Assembly: GCA_032718475.1 (NCBI GenBank)
Contig: JAUCBJ010007053.1
Span: forward strand, 62,001 to 126,000
From: Nemertoderma westbladi
Taxonomy: Eukaryota > Animalia > Xenacoelomorpha
DNA length: 64,000 nt
Direction of reading: 5' to 3'
Shown: positions 1-12,600 of the stretch, one piece after another
Position numbering within the stretch: the stretch's first letter is position 1
How the letters are laid out: every line of letters begins with the position of its first letter
Notes under the pieces: generated by a model
The model's input: only the letters and a program-made list of their open reading frames with translations
Told to the model about the DNA's origin: nothing
Database searches by the model: none
Position numbers and translations under genes: made by a program

Positions 1-3000
1 ACAAAACAGCCTCTGTGTCCTTGTACAGAGATGTGATATTATTAAAACTTCCAGTAATATTGTGACCATAATTTGTGCCAGCGCATCGAAACATATGGTG
101 CTCTTCATCATCTATCTCCGTAGGGCATAGGTTGCAGAAGCGTAGCTGTCTGGGTACCGAACGCCAGCGCCCGAGTTCAACTTGTAGACAATGAGAGCCA
201 AGTCTAAACTGGAGGCACTTTTTGTGCGCTGTGCTCCATACGTTGTCATTTAAAAGAGAGCTTCTTGTTAATGTCGGATTGAACTTTAGATATGTTCTGA
301 ACTTAGTCCCCTTATTTGGCTGAGAGTTATTTGCTTGCGTTTGAACATATATACGCACACCGTCTAAAAAGTTGTTTGTAGTAATTTCTTTATTTTCTAG
401 AGATTTATAGTGACAAACATACGGAATTTTCATGTCTATAGCGTCATTTATTAATTTATTTAGTATCGGTTGGTTTTCACTATTCCGAACACGGAGCCAG
501 AAAGCTTTTTGTCTCTTTTGAATGGTTGTGTTGATATCAGCCATCGTACTTAATTCGCAATAAATAAGCTTGGACGGTGTAGTCGTCCTCACTCCCACAA
601 GAGATTTCAGAGCATACTCGTAATCACTTTGAAATTTACCCATTTTTGCGTCTCCAAATACTTCACAGTTATACAGAACACTGCTAATGACACAGGATTC
701 TAAAACTCGTTCCTTTATTCGGAACGGTAGAAGGAAATTCTCACGTAGAAAGTTCGTGAATTTGATGTAATTCTTAAAACTGTCACGTCGCTGCACTTCA
801 ATATCATTGGTCACACTACCGGTGTTTGTTATAATGGTGCCAAGATATCTGTACTTATCGGTGCATTTAATGACGCCATCGAGCAATGGCAGTGGATGGG
901 TGTCTTCATCTGTTCTAGAATTTATGCATATAAATTCGCATTTAGACGGTTGCATAGTTATTGCATTTCGAGTGCAGTAAGTGCATACTGCCTGCAGTTT
1001 CTTTGTGGCCATATCACGACTCGTAGCTAGGATAATCGTATCGTCAGCGTGTGCCAGGGTGTGTATCAACTCTAAGAATCCATCAGTCCCAATAACTTCT
1101 TTGATGTACTTAATCAAGTCATTAACGTACACTAGGAATAATATTACAGAACTGGCCGCACCTTGTTTTATGCCAGATTTCAATTGGAACTCGCTGGAGA
1201 AGTCATTATTGAAAAACACTACTCCTTTAGATAGGTGGTACATTGCTGCGATCGCGGCCAACATGACAGACCCAATACCAATAACCATTAGTTTTTTTAT
1301 TAATATTGATCGGGAAATTCGGTCAAAGGCACCTTCATAATCAAGGAATATAATGTATAATTTGGATGAGCGTTTCTTTGCAATTTCAATTAGAATTCTC
1401 ACTATAAAAACGTTATCTGCACAGCTACGTTTTGTTTGATACGCAGTTTGTTCCTCGGCTGGTTGGAACCATTTCGTAAGACGCTTACATATAATGAAGT
1501 CATAGAGTTTAGATAACAGATATATCAGCGTAATTGGGCGGTAGTTCTTCGGTAGGTAGGATGCACCTTTCTTGAATATGGCGCATATGTGTGACGTCAT
1601 CCATCTAGTTGGGTATGAGGCATTAACAAATATACAATTAAATAGCATGACAATGATAAGAATTAATGTATACGGCGCATTTTGTAGCATCTGTGGACAC
1701 CATCCATCGGCACTTGATTTGTTTTTTTAGTTTATTTAGAGCCTCCTGAACTTCTTCAGCATCAATATGTCCATCTAATTCTGGGATGAAATTTGTGTAA
1801 CCTTGCGTAGCCAGGCGAATGTCATCATCGTCCCTGCCAGTATCACACTTTGTTGCTAAGTGATTAGCAATAACTTCTGCTGACGGTGCATCTTCGGCTG
1901 TACATTTTTTGGTGTCCAGTTTACCCTTCCAATTAAGCTTTCTCCACAGTTCTTTAGAATCATTTTGCTCAATCAACGATAACCATATTTGGGAGACATT
2001 AGTATTGTGTAGAGCGGTATCATTAACAACTGGTAAATGTTCTGTTTGTTTTAACTCTGTCTGTCTATGTTGTCTCGGTACTTTCGAGATTGATGCACAA
2101 GATGTGACGAGTGACTCGATAGAATTCACTGTTGAGTCGATTGAGTCGGGAGTGACAGAAGGGATGGTTGAAATTTTTCCTTCCATTAACGTTTTATATA
2201 GACCCCAGTTTATTTCACTTGAAACGAATCGTTTCGTTCTGCTGTTAGAAATCCCCATAGTGGTGTTTATGTCAATTGAACACGATTTAGCGGCGAATAT
2301 ACTGTTGTCATACAACGAATAATCCAGCGTAATAGGGCTGTGATCAGAAGGAGTGGGAGTATTTATCACTGAAAAGCTCTCAACATTATTCAGTGCTGCA
2401 TTATTGACAATCGCGAGATCAACTTGAGACTTTTTTCCACCACGGGAGAAGGTGAAATTTCCATCACACACCAGTTTACCATATTGGAGATTGTTAAGAA
2501 TAGCACTATCTGTTCCGTCCAGAGTGTCTAGTAAAATATTTCCATGAGAGTTTATGATGCTATCTGGATTTCTAGAATAATCTGTGGCTGGTATATTTGT
2601 ACGGGGTTTTCCAACTCGGGAGTTGAGATCGCCACCTATGATTAAAGCATATCCTTTCAGGTTCGCCTCATTAATTATATTAGACATACATGCAAAATTG
2701 TCCATGCTAAAGTAGCGGGATTCAGATGGGGGCACGTATATTCCAGCTATCCAAACATCGGCAAACTTACATACAATAATATCCGGGTTTGAAGAATCGA
2801 TAGATACCAATAGTTTTTTCATATCATCAGTCATTAAAACGGTGACACCACCTCGAGGAGATCGAGTAGGTAATGTATATGGGTGGTGTATGCTATGAAA
2901 TCCATTTGTTAGTAATTGTTGTCCCTCGGTGAGATGAGTTTCACTAAGGAATACAAGGTCAAACTTCTGTAACCACCGTGTAGTTCTACTAGTGCTTATT

Positions 3001-3185
3001 CTGCTATCTAAAATATGATATAGTCCATTAATGTTCCAGAAAGTAATCGAAATCCTAGAGATGCCAGCGAACCTACAATTTAAAAAACCTGCGTTGCGGA
3101 CTTGATATTATCAACTTCCACATCGTTTAGCAGTAATTTCCCTTTGTATATCCTACTGATTGGGTCTGATCTGGCTTTTAGACGG
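1..3185 (-). mobile_element. LINE (APE + RT + C-terminal CCHC), 5'-truncated in ORF1, one frameshift near 1725, runs off the window start
   Basis: Minus-strand frame from 3089 reads FWNINGL, FLSETHL, GGDLNSR, SDHSPI (APE). After a frameshift in an A-run near 1725 it reads NYRPITL, DYEGAFD, GIKQG, HADD, YRYLG, then CNLC..HHMFRC. Confidence 0.92.
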
Positions 3186-3347
3186 ACCCCCTACTGCCTA
3201 CAGCCCTACAATGGGCAATGACAGACAGCCTAGCAGGAGCAGCAGACAGGCAGAGCAGCAAGCAAGCAACTGAGCAAGCCAGAACGCTGCAATGTACAGG
3301 CAGACAGGTGTAAATAGAAACTGTTTTAAGTACAATTACAGCTGGCC

Positions 3348-3476
3348 GGGTGCTGGTCACCTCGCCTGCTCGCCGCACTGCCTGACTCCCACTTCGCCGC
3401 AGGTCACCTCGCCGCACATTATCTGCGGCGAGGTGACCTGCGGCGAAGTGGCAGTGCGGCGAGGTGACCAGCACCC
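3348..3476. mobile_element. Palindromic Mutator-like MITE
   Basis: TIR gggtgctggtcacctcgcc...ggcgaggtgaccagcaccc with internal sub-repeats; exact 9-bp TSD cagctggcc at 3339-3347 and 3477-3485. Confidence 0.85.
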
Positions 3477-4043
3477 CAGCTGGCCTACTCTACGCTCTAC
3501 CTACACCAAGTGTACGCCGCAATTTCATGTTGTACACCGGATTACAATGCCAAATGAAAAAGAAACGCGAGTGATTTTTATTTCATTCTTAAAATGTAAA
3601 ATTAAAAAGAGACGCCAGCGAAGCGAGGGAAATTTTTTGTGGCAAATTCTTCGGTTATTGTTATCACTTCTCCACTTTCTGACTTTGCAAGAACTTTAAC
3701 GCCGCGGGTTCAACGGTGTAGACTTATCACGCGGCTGCGCGGCGCAACATCCTGACATCGTCATTACGCGGCGTCATGTCGCGTATTTCTCAAATACGCG
3801 GACAGGCGGAAGAAACTTCAGAGTGTCATGTAGCAGTTCCAACCTGGGCAGCTGGGTGGAGGCAACGGATTGACTCTATACAGCTATAAGTCGGTCGTAA
3901 ACTGTAGGCTCTAATCCGACCTTTGGTCCTACGCATTACCCAAAAAAAACACAAAATTACCCAAAAATACACAAAAAAATTTACCCAAAAAAACACAAAA
4001 AAACCAATAAAACACAAAAAAACACAATATTACCCAAAATATT

Positions 4044-5018
4044 GGTCCGGCGAATTTGTACAAAAAAGTACAAAAAAAATACAAAATGGTACAATATAGC
4101 CTAGTACAAAAGAATACAATAGAGTACAATAAAGTGCAAAAATAGTACAAAAGAGTACAAACGAGTGAGAAACGCTTGCAAAACGTGTATCCAAGTGTAG
4201 TTCAAATCGTTTAGAGGGGCGCACATGATGTGCAAAATAAAACAAAGCATTGTCTGATTGTGGGGCGAGCCATGCATTGAGCGGGGGCTGATCTAGCAGT
4301 CAGAGAGTAGGCCCCTATTACAATACAATCTTATGAGTTTTAATGCAGCCTTTTGTGTTCAAAAAACACAAAAAACGGTCCCAAGCCCGCAAAATTGCAG
4401 AAGGAGAACTCAATAAAGTTGCAGATAGAGGCGTACATACAGACATACATAGCCTACTGTACATAATGTACAGTAGCATCAGAGCATACAGTCTATCCTT
4501 CAGTATATTGGCTACTTTAAGACTATGACCTAAATTTTGAGTCTCAGTTATATGACTTTTATCTACCCAGTACCGGTACTGCATAGTATTGCATTATATT
4601 GTATTATACGAACTGTAGCCTATTTCTACTTGTAAGCCAGTCAAAATCTACATGAATCAAAATTCTGTCAATCATTTCATACTGACCACAAAACCAAGGC
4701 CGCTAGTGATTGACACTGTCAGACTGTCTGACTGTAGCGGTGCATATTTCGGTCCCGTTGCGGTGCATATTTCGGTCCCGTTGCGGTGCATATTTCGGTC
4801 CCGTTGCATGTGCTTACAATTGATTATATTTATATATACAAGTGTAGTGTAGTGTAGACTACCTGACTACACTGGTATACATGTTTTGTATGCGTTTCTC
4901 ACTCGTTTGTACTCTTTTGTACTATTTTTGCACTCTTTTGTACTATTTTTGCACTTTATTGTACTCATTTGTACTATATTGTACTATTTTGTACTTTTTT
5001 GTACAGATTCGTCGGACC
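4044..5018. mobile_element. Non-autonomous DNA element with ~155-bp imperfect inverted repeats
   Basis: 4044-4201 (gtacaaaa-rich, acgagtgagaaacgc) is the reverse complement of 4866-5018 (gcgtttctcactcgtttgtac). Confidence 0.75.
4736..4807. repeat. 3x 23-bp tandem repeat gcggtgcatatttcggtcccgtt (MITE subterminal-type)
   Basis: Direct reading; shares the ttcggtcccg core with the repeats at 27750-27810. Confidence 0.8.
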
Positions 5019-5264
5019 GCAAAAAAATTACCCAAAAAGACAAAATAATTTATATCCTAAAAAAAGTTATAAACTGATAAGTTATGCTGTTATAGGGCAG
5101 TAGGGTTCCTACTGTCCTAGGCCTATGTGTTTCGGTATCGGCAGTGCTGTTATGAAGCCCATTTGCCACAAAGGTACAAATAATCGAGACACATCAATGA
5201 ATTTGTACTTCGGTTGAGCGTTTACATTTGTCATTCCAATATATTTGTCAAACCTAAAAAATAA

Positions 5265-6192
5265 TAATGTTGTGATTAGACACTTGCATTCTGTATATAT
5301 TGTGGTAATTAGACGTTAGTGAAGTCTTGTGGTAATTAGACACTGAGTTGAGTATTACTAACTACCATACTGTATATTGTGGTAATTAAACGTTAGTGAA
5401 GTCTTGTGGTAATTAGACACTGAGTATTAATAACTACCGTACTGTATATTGTGGTAATTAGACACTTGCATTCTGTATATTGTGGTAATTAGATGCAGTG
5501 TAGTCTTGTGGTAAATAGACACTTGAGTTCTGTATATTGTGGTAATTAGATGCCATTGTAAAATAATAGGCCTATCAGCCTGTCAGCCTATTGTGGTAAT
5601 TAGATGCCATTGTAAAATAATATTGTGGTAATTATATGCAGTGTAGTCTTGTGGTAAATAGACACTTGAGTTCTGTATATTGTGGTAATTAGATGCCATT
5701 GTAAAATAATATTGTGGTAATTAGATGCTGTGTGTAGGCCTACTGGTGTAGTCTTGTGGTAAATAGACACTTGAGTTCTGTATATTGTGGTAATTAGATG
5801 CCAATGTAAAATAATATTGTGGTAATTAGATGCAGTGTAGTCTTGTGGTAAATAGACACTTGAGTTCTGTATTATTGTGGTAATTAGATGCCATTGTAAA
5901 ATAATATTATGGTAATTAGATGCCATTGTAAAATAATATTGTGGTAATTAGATGCAGTGTAGTCTTGTGGTAAATAGACACTTGCGTTATATATATTGTG
6001 GTAATTAGATGCAGTGTAGTCTTGTGGTAAATAGACACGTGCGTTCTGTATATTGTGGTAATTAGATGCCGATGTAAAATAATATTGTGGTAATTAGATG
6101 CAGTGTAGTCTTGTGGTAAATAGACACTTGAGTTCTGTATATTGTGGTAATTAGATGCCAATGTAAAATAATATTGTGGTAATTAGATGCAG
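5265..6192. repeat. Complex minisatellite of alternating ~25-35-bp modules sharing tgtggtaattagatg / tgtggtaaatagacac
   Basis: Recurring core with three alternating tails (ccattgtaaaataatat, cagtgtagtct, ttgagttctgtatat). Confidence 0.9.
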
Positions 6193-6612
6193 CGTACCCA
6201 ATGCGTACCAAATGTACCCAATGCATCATTGTTAAAATGTACCCAGTATTCGGGTACATTTTAACCAGGGTACGGTACGTTTTCACTTGTTCCCCGGATG
6301 GGAAAAACCCATGCAGACAATGATACGTCGATCCAGCACGATACGCATATATTGATAAGCAATAATTCTATACCGGTACTGTACTTTCTGTTGTATACTT
6401 ACCGGCAATCACATTACGAGGCATGATTATTGATAGGCCTACCTGCATTTATTTACAGATACCGTGTAGTCCTATATACAGATATATGCTATTGATATAT
6501 AATTACTGATTTTCATTTAATATATGGATGGATATGATATAGTTGATGGACAGAGTAGGTGACTGTGATTTTCTATTTTCCGTTGATATGACCTGGGAAT
6601 TTCCCCTGTTTG

Positions 6613-9600
6613 ATGGATATAAACTCAAAGTATCTTTTTTATAGTAGTGTCGAGTCATTAAGTGACAGTATCGATAGCGAGTTATTGGGCCTTCAAGTGG
6701 ATATAACAAATTCTGGTGATGCTAGCGATGGCGATTCAGAGTCGAGAGTGGATGAGTCAAGGGTGGCGGCAGAAGATTATATTTTACGCCTTCAGCAGAG
6801 GCAGGACGTGTTGGTAAACCCTTCTTTAGGATTAGAGGAAGGTAGTAAACATCTAGAGTTTATGGAATACAGTGGAAGCTTCCCTCGTACACAGAATACA
6901 TCTATTGATAATGATGTTGGCCTAACTAAAGAGCTACCGGTAACAACTGTTTGTAAGCTGCAAACTCCAGAATATATTATATCATCCACAGAGGCTGTCC
7001 CTGTGTATTCCAATAAACAAGCTGATCTGATAGAGGATATGAATGTGGATAGGTTTGAACCTAAGAGAATGCCCCAATCGTTTTTGGAACTTGTGATGGG
7101 AGCTGGAGATTCTGCAATGGCGAATGGTTCGGGAGAATCCACTCCGAGTGTTAGTCCAATTCCACAGCAAAGGCAATCCCGACAGCGGCAGTCAAATCTG
7201 GATACAAAAACAAAACATTATTCACAATCAACCCATGGGTCCCCACTCAATATTTCGCAACTTCAAAATTGTAATACAAATGCAGAAGTTCCAATCAGTT
7301 CGATTATTGGCTCTGCAAATCCTTTCAGCCATGTATTTTCCCAGTCATCAACAGTCCCCTTATTATTTTCCCCACCTGTAGACTACACTCCGCTGGTGAC
7401 TCAATCCCCACATGCCCCCCTACCGTCGGATGTGATTCCAGATTGGACCTTTCCTGTGATCCAACACTCCCCACCTCGACTCAGCACCCCACCCCCTCAA
7501 CCGAACACAATTTCCATTCTAACTCGCAATTTATCTCCACTACCTCCTACGTTCTCTCAAGCGTTTTCTACCCCTAATTTCTCTCAGCGTCCCCAAATCG
7601 ACTCTCCACTGGTGGATTTGGTAGACCAACTAGCTCAGGTATCTCAGGGAAACCAATCCTTATGTACCGGTACTGATTCAGAGGTAATAGACCACACCTT
7701 CACGCAGATTTCTACGCCTGCCCAAAGGGATTATTATATTCTTACTTCCTCAAATAACTATGTAACTACCGGTATCACTTCTGGTAAAGATGTTCAACCA
7801 TCATCTCAAACACTTATCAGCCAGCAATCACCAAACGTTTTTTCTCGTCTTCCCAATGTATTTAGCTTCTCTGCGGATGTCAAGCCCACTTTCAGCTTGA
7901 AGTCTCAATTCAATAACGGAACCAGTCAACCTACATTATTTGATTCAAAGTCACAAGCCAATTTTGTCACCCCATCCACGCTACCTGAATCACCAAAGTC
8001 AACTAAACAGTTTAGTTTTCTTGGATCACTGTCCACATCTCAATTATTTCCTATGACATCAAATAGCAGTGGGAGTTCACAGCATACCTCACAAGTTTGT
8101 TCAACAACCTCTCAAAATGATTTCCTTCCCATTACTGTGTCTGTGTCTCACAATGTGATCACATCTCAAACGACCCAACAACAGGATTTCCATTTCATTG
8201 ATTCCCAATGCCCAATACCGACTCAATCTCAACCGAATGTCTCTAATTCGCCTATCAACCAAATTTCGGCCCCCGATAATGTTTTAGCTAAATCACTCAG
8301 AATGGTTGACCTTCCTACCTCCCAAGGTGATGATAGCAGTTCGGTGTTGGTATCAAGTCAACCTCTCAGTACCAATCTAGTTAATGTACATCAAGGAATC
8401 CTTGATTCTGCTCTCCAGCTACAATCATCTGTTTCTCATAATCTAAGTGAACAACTACCAGTCTTTCTGCAGAAATCGCCCTATCCAGGTCAAGCATATT
8501 CTACTCCAAACCAACAACCACCTTCTCCAATTGAAAAACAATTTCTTTCTCCAGTTCATCATAAATTTTCTTCTTCAATTAAACGACTTACTTTCCTAAA
8601 TCAGCGTCATACCTCATCGCAAATGTCTGCTCCTATCCAACAGCAAATTAATGTCCTGGAACAAATGAATACTTCCAACAGCATCATAACGAAAGCACCA
8701 AAACATCAACAATGTACTTCTCCATCCCATAAAGTAATAATTGCACATAAAATTACAACAAGCGCTGATCCAATGCAGGATAAAATATCTTTGTCAAAAA
8801 CAGTTACTTCTCCAATAGAACCTTCTTTGATACGGCATACAAGCCCACCAATTACCGGAAATAGCGGACGTTCTCCCTCAGTATCATCTGTGCATTCTGC
8901 TGTTGATAATATTTCCCCAGACCTCGATGACATGCTTCTTAACTACTTTTCCAACTCGAACACTAAGTTCATGATTTCTGATAATAACAATTCTCGCAGT
9001 AATAGTTTAATTGGTCCTCATAGTCCGTCGAAGCGGCCTAGTGTGGGTTTAAGAAAACAGAGAGGATCGCACAGTCAGTCAATGCGGGTTCTTTCGGATG
9101 CAAGGCAGCAGCGGCATGGGCCCTCCAAACGGGTTGTTTTGGGAGTTAAAGAACAGAGTCGTTCTCGGAAAGTTGGTTCTGGTGTGGGAGAAGGGAACGG
9201 GAGTGGCCCCCACAGTCCAACCAAGCATAGTGGTTCCGGTGTTAGAAAACAAGGTGGTTGGGGAAACAAACCAATTACTCATAATCAATGTTTTGGAGGT
9301 TTGGCTACTGGCGAAATGGATAGTTTCAATAGTTTGGTCCGGCACCAAAAGAGTTATGGAAATCATTGCAAGGAAGAAAAAGTGAAAGAAGACCCCAAGG
9401 CGAATCACCGTGATGTTAATACAATTAGTAATCCGTTGCCTCCCAGTAGTAATTTAGCATCATTTGTTTACATCGACCACGATAGTGACGGTAAAGCTGC
9501 ATCCGAATTTGTTACCCCAGACGATGTCTGGTCTACAGTGTTGGCGAGAAGAAAGTTGGGAAAGAAGTCCGCGATACGCAAGTATTATTCGCAGCATTTG

Positions 9601-12600
9601 TTGAGTAAACGACGGCAATATCGTCCGAGTGGCAATGAGTCAGCCATAGAAACTTTTGGACTTGCAGATGATATAGTTGACGTAAGATCTAAACCTCAGC
9701 ATTGTCCAACAGGCTCGGTTATTGATAACATGGGGTGTGAGTTAACAGATTATAACGTACAACAGCAGCATGTTGTGTTTCCCACATTACCAGTTAGAAT
9801 TCCCTCATCTAATATGGAATGTTCTTTACCAACTGTAAGGGGAACGCATTTGTTGAGATCTCCAACACCACCCATTAGATCTCCAACACCACCCATTAGA
9901 TCTCCGACACCACCCGTTAGATCTCCGACACCACCCGTTAGATCTCCGACACCACCCGTTAGATCTCCAACACCACCCATAAGATCTCCGACACCACCCG
10001 TTAGATCTCCGACACCTCCCGTTAGACCTCCTACAGCACCTGTTCCATCTACACATTATTTGTGCTCCCCTAGATCACATAGGCCTATTGGATTACGAAC
10101 ACCACCAGTAAAATCAACACAATCAGAAATTCGGTCGCCTTTTAGCAGTCGACCCTCTACAAACGACCTCAGTGACTGTCACTCAATCGGTGACATGCCG
10201 AGCTGGAGGTTGGACTGTATGAGCCCCTCCCTTTATAAAGGGGAGGCCGTTTCCACCCCACATGGTCCACATACTCCATCTGAACCATTCGATACTCCAA
10301 TGTTCAGCCACCATGTCGCCATCCCCTTAATCGATGACCCACAAGACCCCCCCATACATTACAAGCTTTTGATTTCATCACCGCAGCATTCAATAAGGAA
10401 CTTAAATAATTTGGGTTCTAGATCACGCTTTAATAACAGTGAACTCTACAGTGAGTTGTCCGCGAGTGAGGTTGGTTGGGATAAAAGAGCTAGTTGTGAG
10501 AATTTATACAGCGCAGTGTCGGAGAATGAATTGAGTTCCAGTAGCAGCAGCTGCCAGCCACTTAGCTCGGATGAATCGTATGTCCAAGAGGATGTGGGCA
10601 AATCCCGTTGGAATGCTGAGGATCGCTCTTGTAAGTTCTGGAACAGGCAGTTACAACGCGGTTGTCAAGGACCCCAGCCTAGCAGGGTTCATCAGCGACG
10701 GATCCCATGGTTCTCAGAGACTCGATGGCGAGGCGGTCGGCCCCCTATCAGTTCCGATGATGATTGTCTTGGAGTTTATGATGATAGCAGCTCCTCAGAT
10801 CAACCATTTTCACCACCGCCTGCCGACTCGTTGAATCTGTTTGCTGTGGAGGCAGATGAACTCAGTATGATGGTCGCTGCAGTCAGCCATGGAGCCAAAG
10901 GTGACAGCCATGGAAGTAGCTCAGAGTTGTCTCATCACTATAACCTCGACATTGACAGAGATGTACGTTTTCGTGGTCCTAGGAAGGTGTTAGGTTCGCA
11001 ACCACAGGGCGGTGATGGTTTCACTGGCGGGACTTCAGCACCAATAGGCCTATCGAGGCACGAAAATACATCAAACCATCTGTCTCGAAATTCGAACAAC
11101 TATGAAAAGTCATTTCCTAAACGGTTAGAAGCTAAAACAATTCCTTCAGATGACAGAGCTGCAGAACTGCATAGAGTTTCAGGGAGTGTTGCTCACAGAC
11201 CTGTATTCACAAGAGATTTGGAATTATTGAGTTTCTCAGCGGTGAACCTCCCAGGACCACCATCCACCACTGCCGTTGCTAATGGTAACGTTGGTGTCGA
11301 GTCTATATCTATAACAACTACAGACAGCGGCATCAGTCCTGGGTCGACCGAATCTCAACCAGACAATCCCCTGGATGCTGTACCCCCGTTCAACCCCGTT
11401 GACCCTCAGGATGCATTCGATTACGACTTGGTTTACCAACGCGTTCACGATGTCAGTGATCTCGACCACCTCCAGACATCATGTCGCAAGCAATGCAAAT
11501 CCCTCGGACAAATATCTCGATTTTCTGATGTCGCGAGCAAATTGGATGCAAATGTTCTAAACTTGTTCTATGAGTTTCTGTTTGGCGTTCAGAACCGAAT
11601 TCTCAAAGTGTCTGAAATCCTTGATCTAGTCAATCAATTCGAAGGTTTCACATTTAGTTATCCTTCAGTTGAGTATTCACACCGGAGTCAGATACTAAAG
11701 ACGGTCTCTGTCTCCCGGGTGAGGTCTATCGCTTCTTGTTTAGGATTACCTGCGACTAACCTCAGTAAACCAGCTATTATAGATCGTATGATGCAGCTCC
11801 TCTCTAAGCCAGACTTATGGCCGGAGGAAATTAATTTGCCGGTTTCTGGTGAGGTGACGCCATCGACAGTTGGGGTTCCTTCAGCTAATGTTATTGGGTG
11901 TGGCAATGAGTTGGTTAACAGAAACAATATATCATCCCTCAGTGGCAGTGTAGGCCTAGCAAATAGGTCACCGGTTGGTATGTTAGGAAGAACAGTTTCT
12001 CAGGTTGGCCGTTTGGGAAAGACAAAGTCACTGCTCAGCGGATTGGGTTTAATGAAGTCGCCAGTTGGGACGTCACATTCTGTTGTTTCTCCAATTTCCT
12101 CGGTATCTTTGGTTAAATCTTCATTAATAACATCCCAAGAAGCAATTTTATCCGAATCAAACAATCGTTGTGTCACAGAAACCGTCCAACTCCCAGGTAA
12201 TGCGGAAGGAAGACGACGACGTTCTATTGATTCTTCGCTTCGTGTTACTATTCCAGTAACTCCCCCTCCAGTTAAATCGTCAAACCAAAGCCTCGATGAT
12301 AGAGTTGATGAACGAGTAGCAAACAGTAAGCCAGTCGATCTTCCATCGATCCCGTGCAATAATACATCCCCTACTCTAGCTACGCCAAACTCGTCCATGA
12401 CACCTCATCCTGAATGGCTCGATGGCGAGTTGTTGTTTCCACTCGGCCCCTCCCAATTGTACCCTAATTTTTCCCAACCCAAACCGCCACCGAGTCCTGT
12501 GAATGTCGCACCTAAATCCCCGCAGACCCCACTCCATGGCTCCCCCCAACCAGAACCTCTGTACTTCGATGAATCGAGATCGAACCAACTAACCAGTTAC

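Noticed and set aside
5265-6192. Repeat-spacer-like pattern (constant core, variable tails)
   Set aside because: The tails are only about three recurring types, so this is a composite minisatellite and not an acquired-spacer array.
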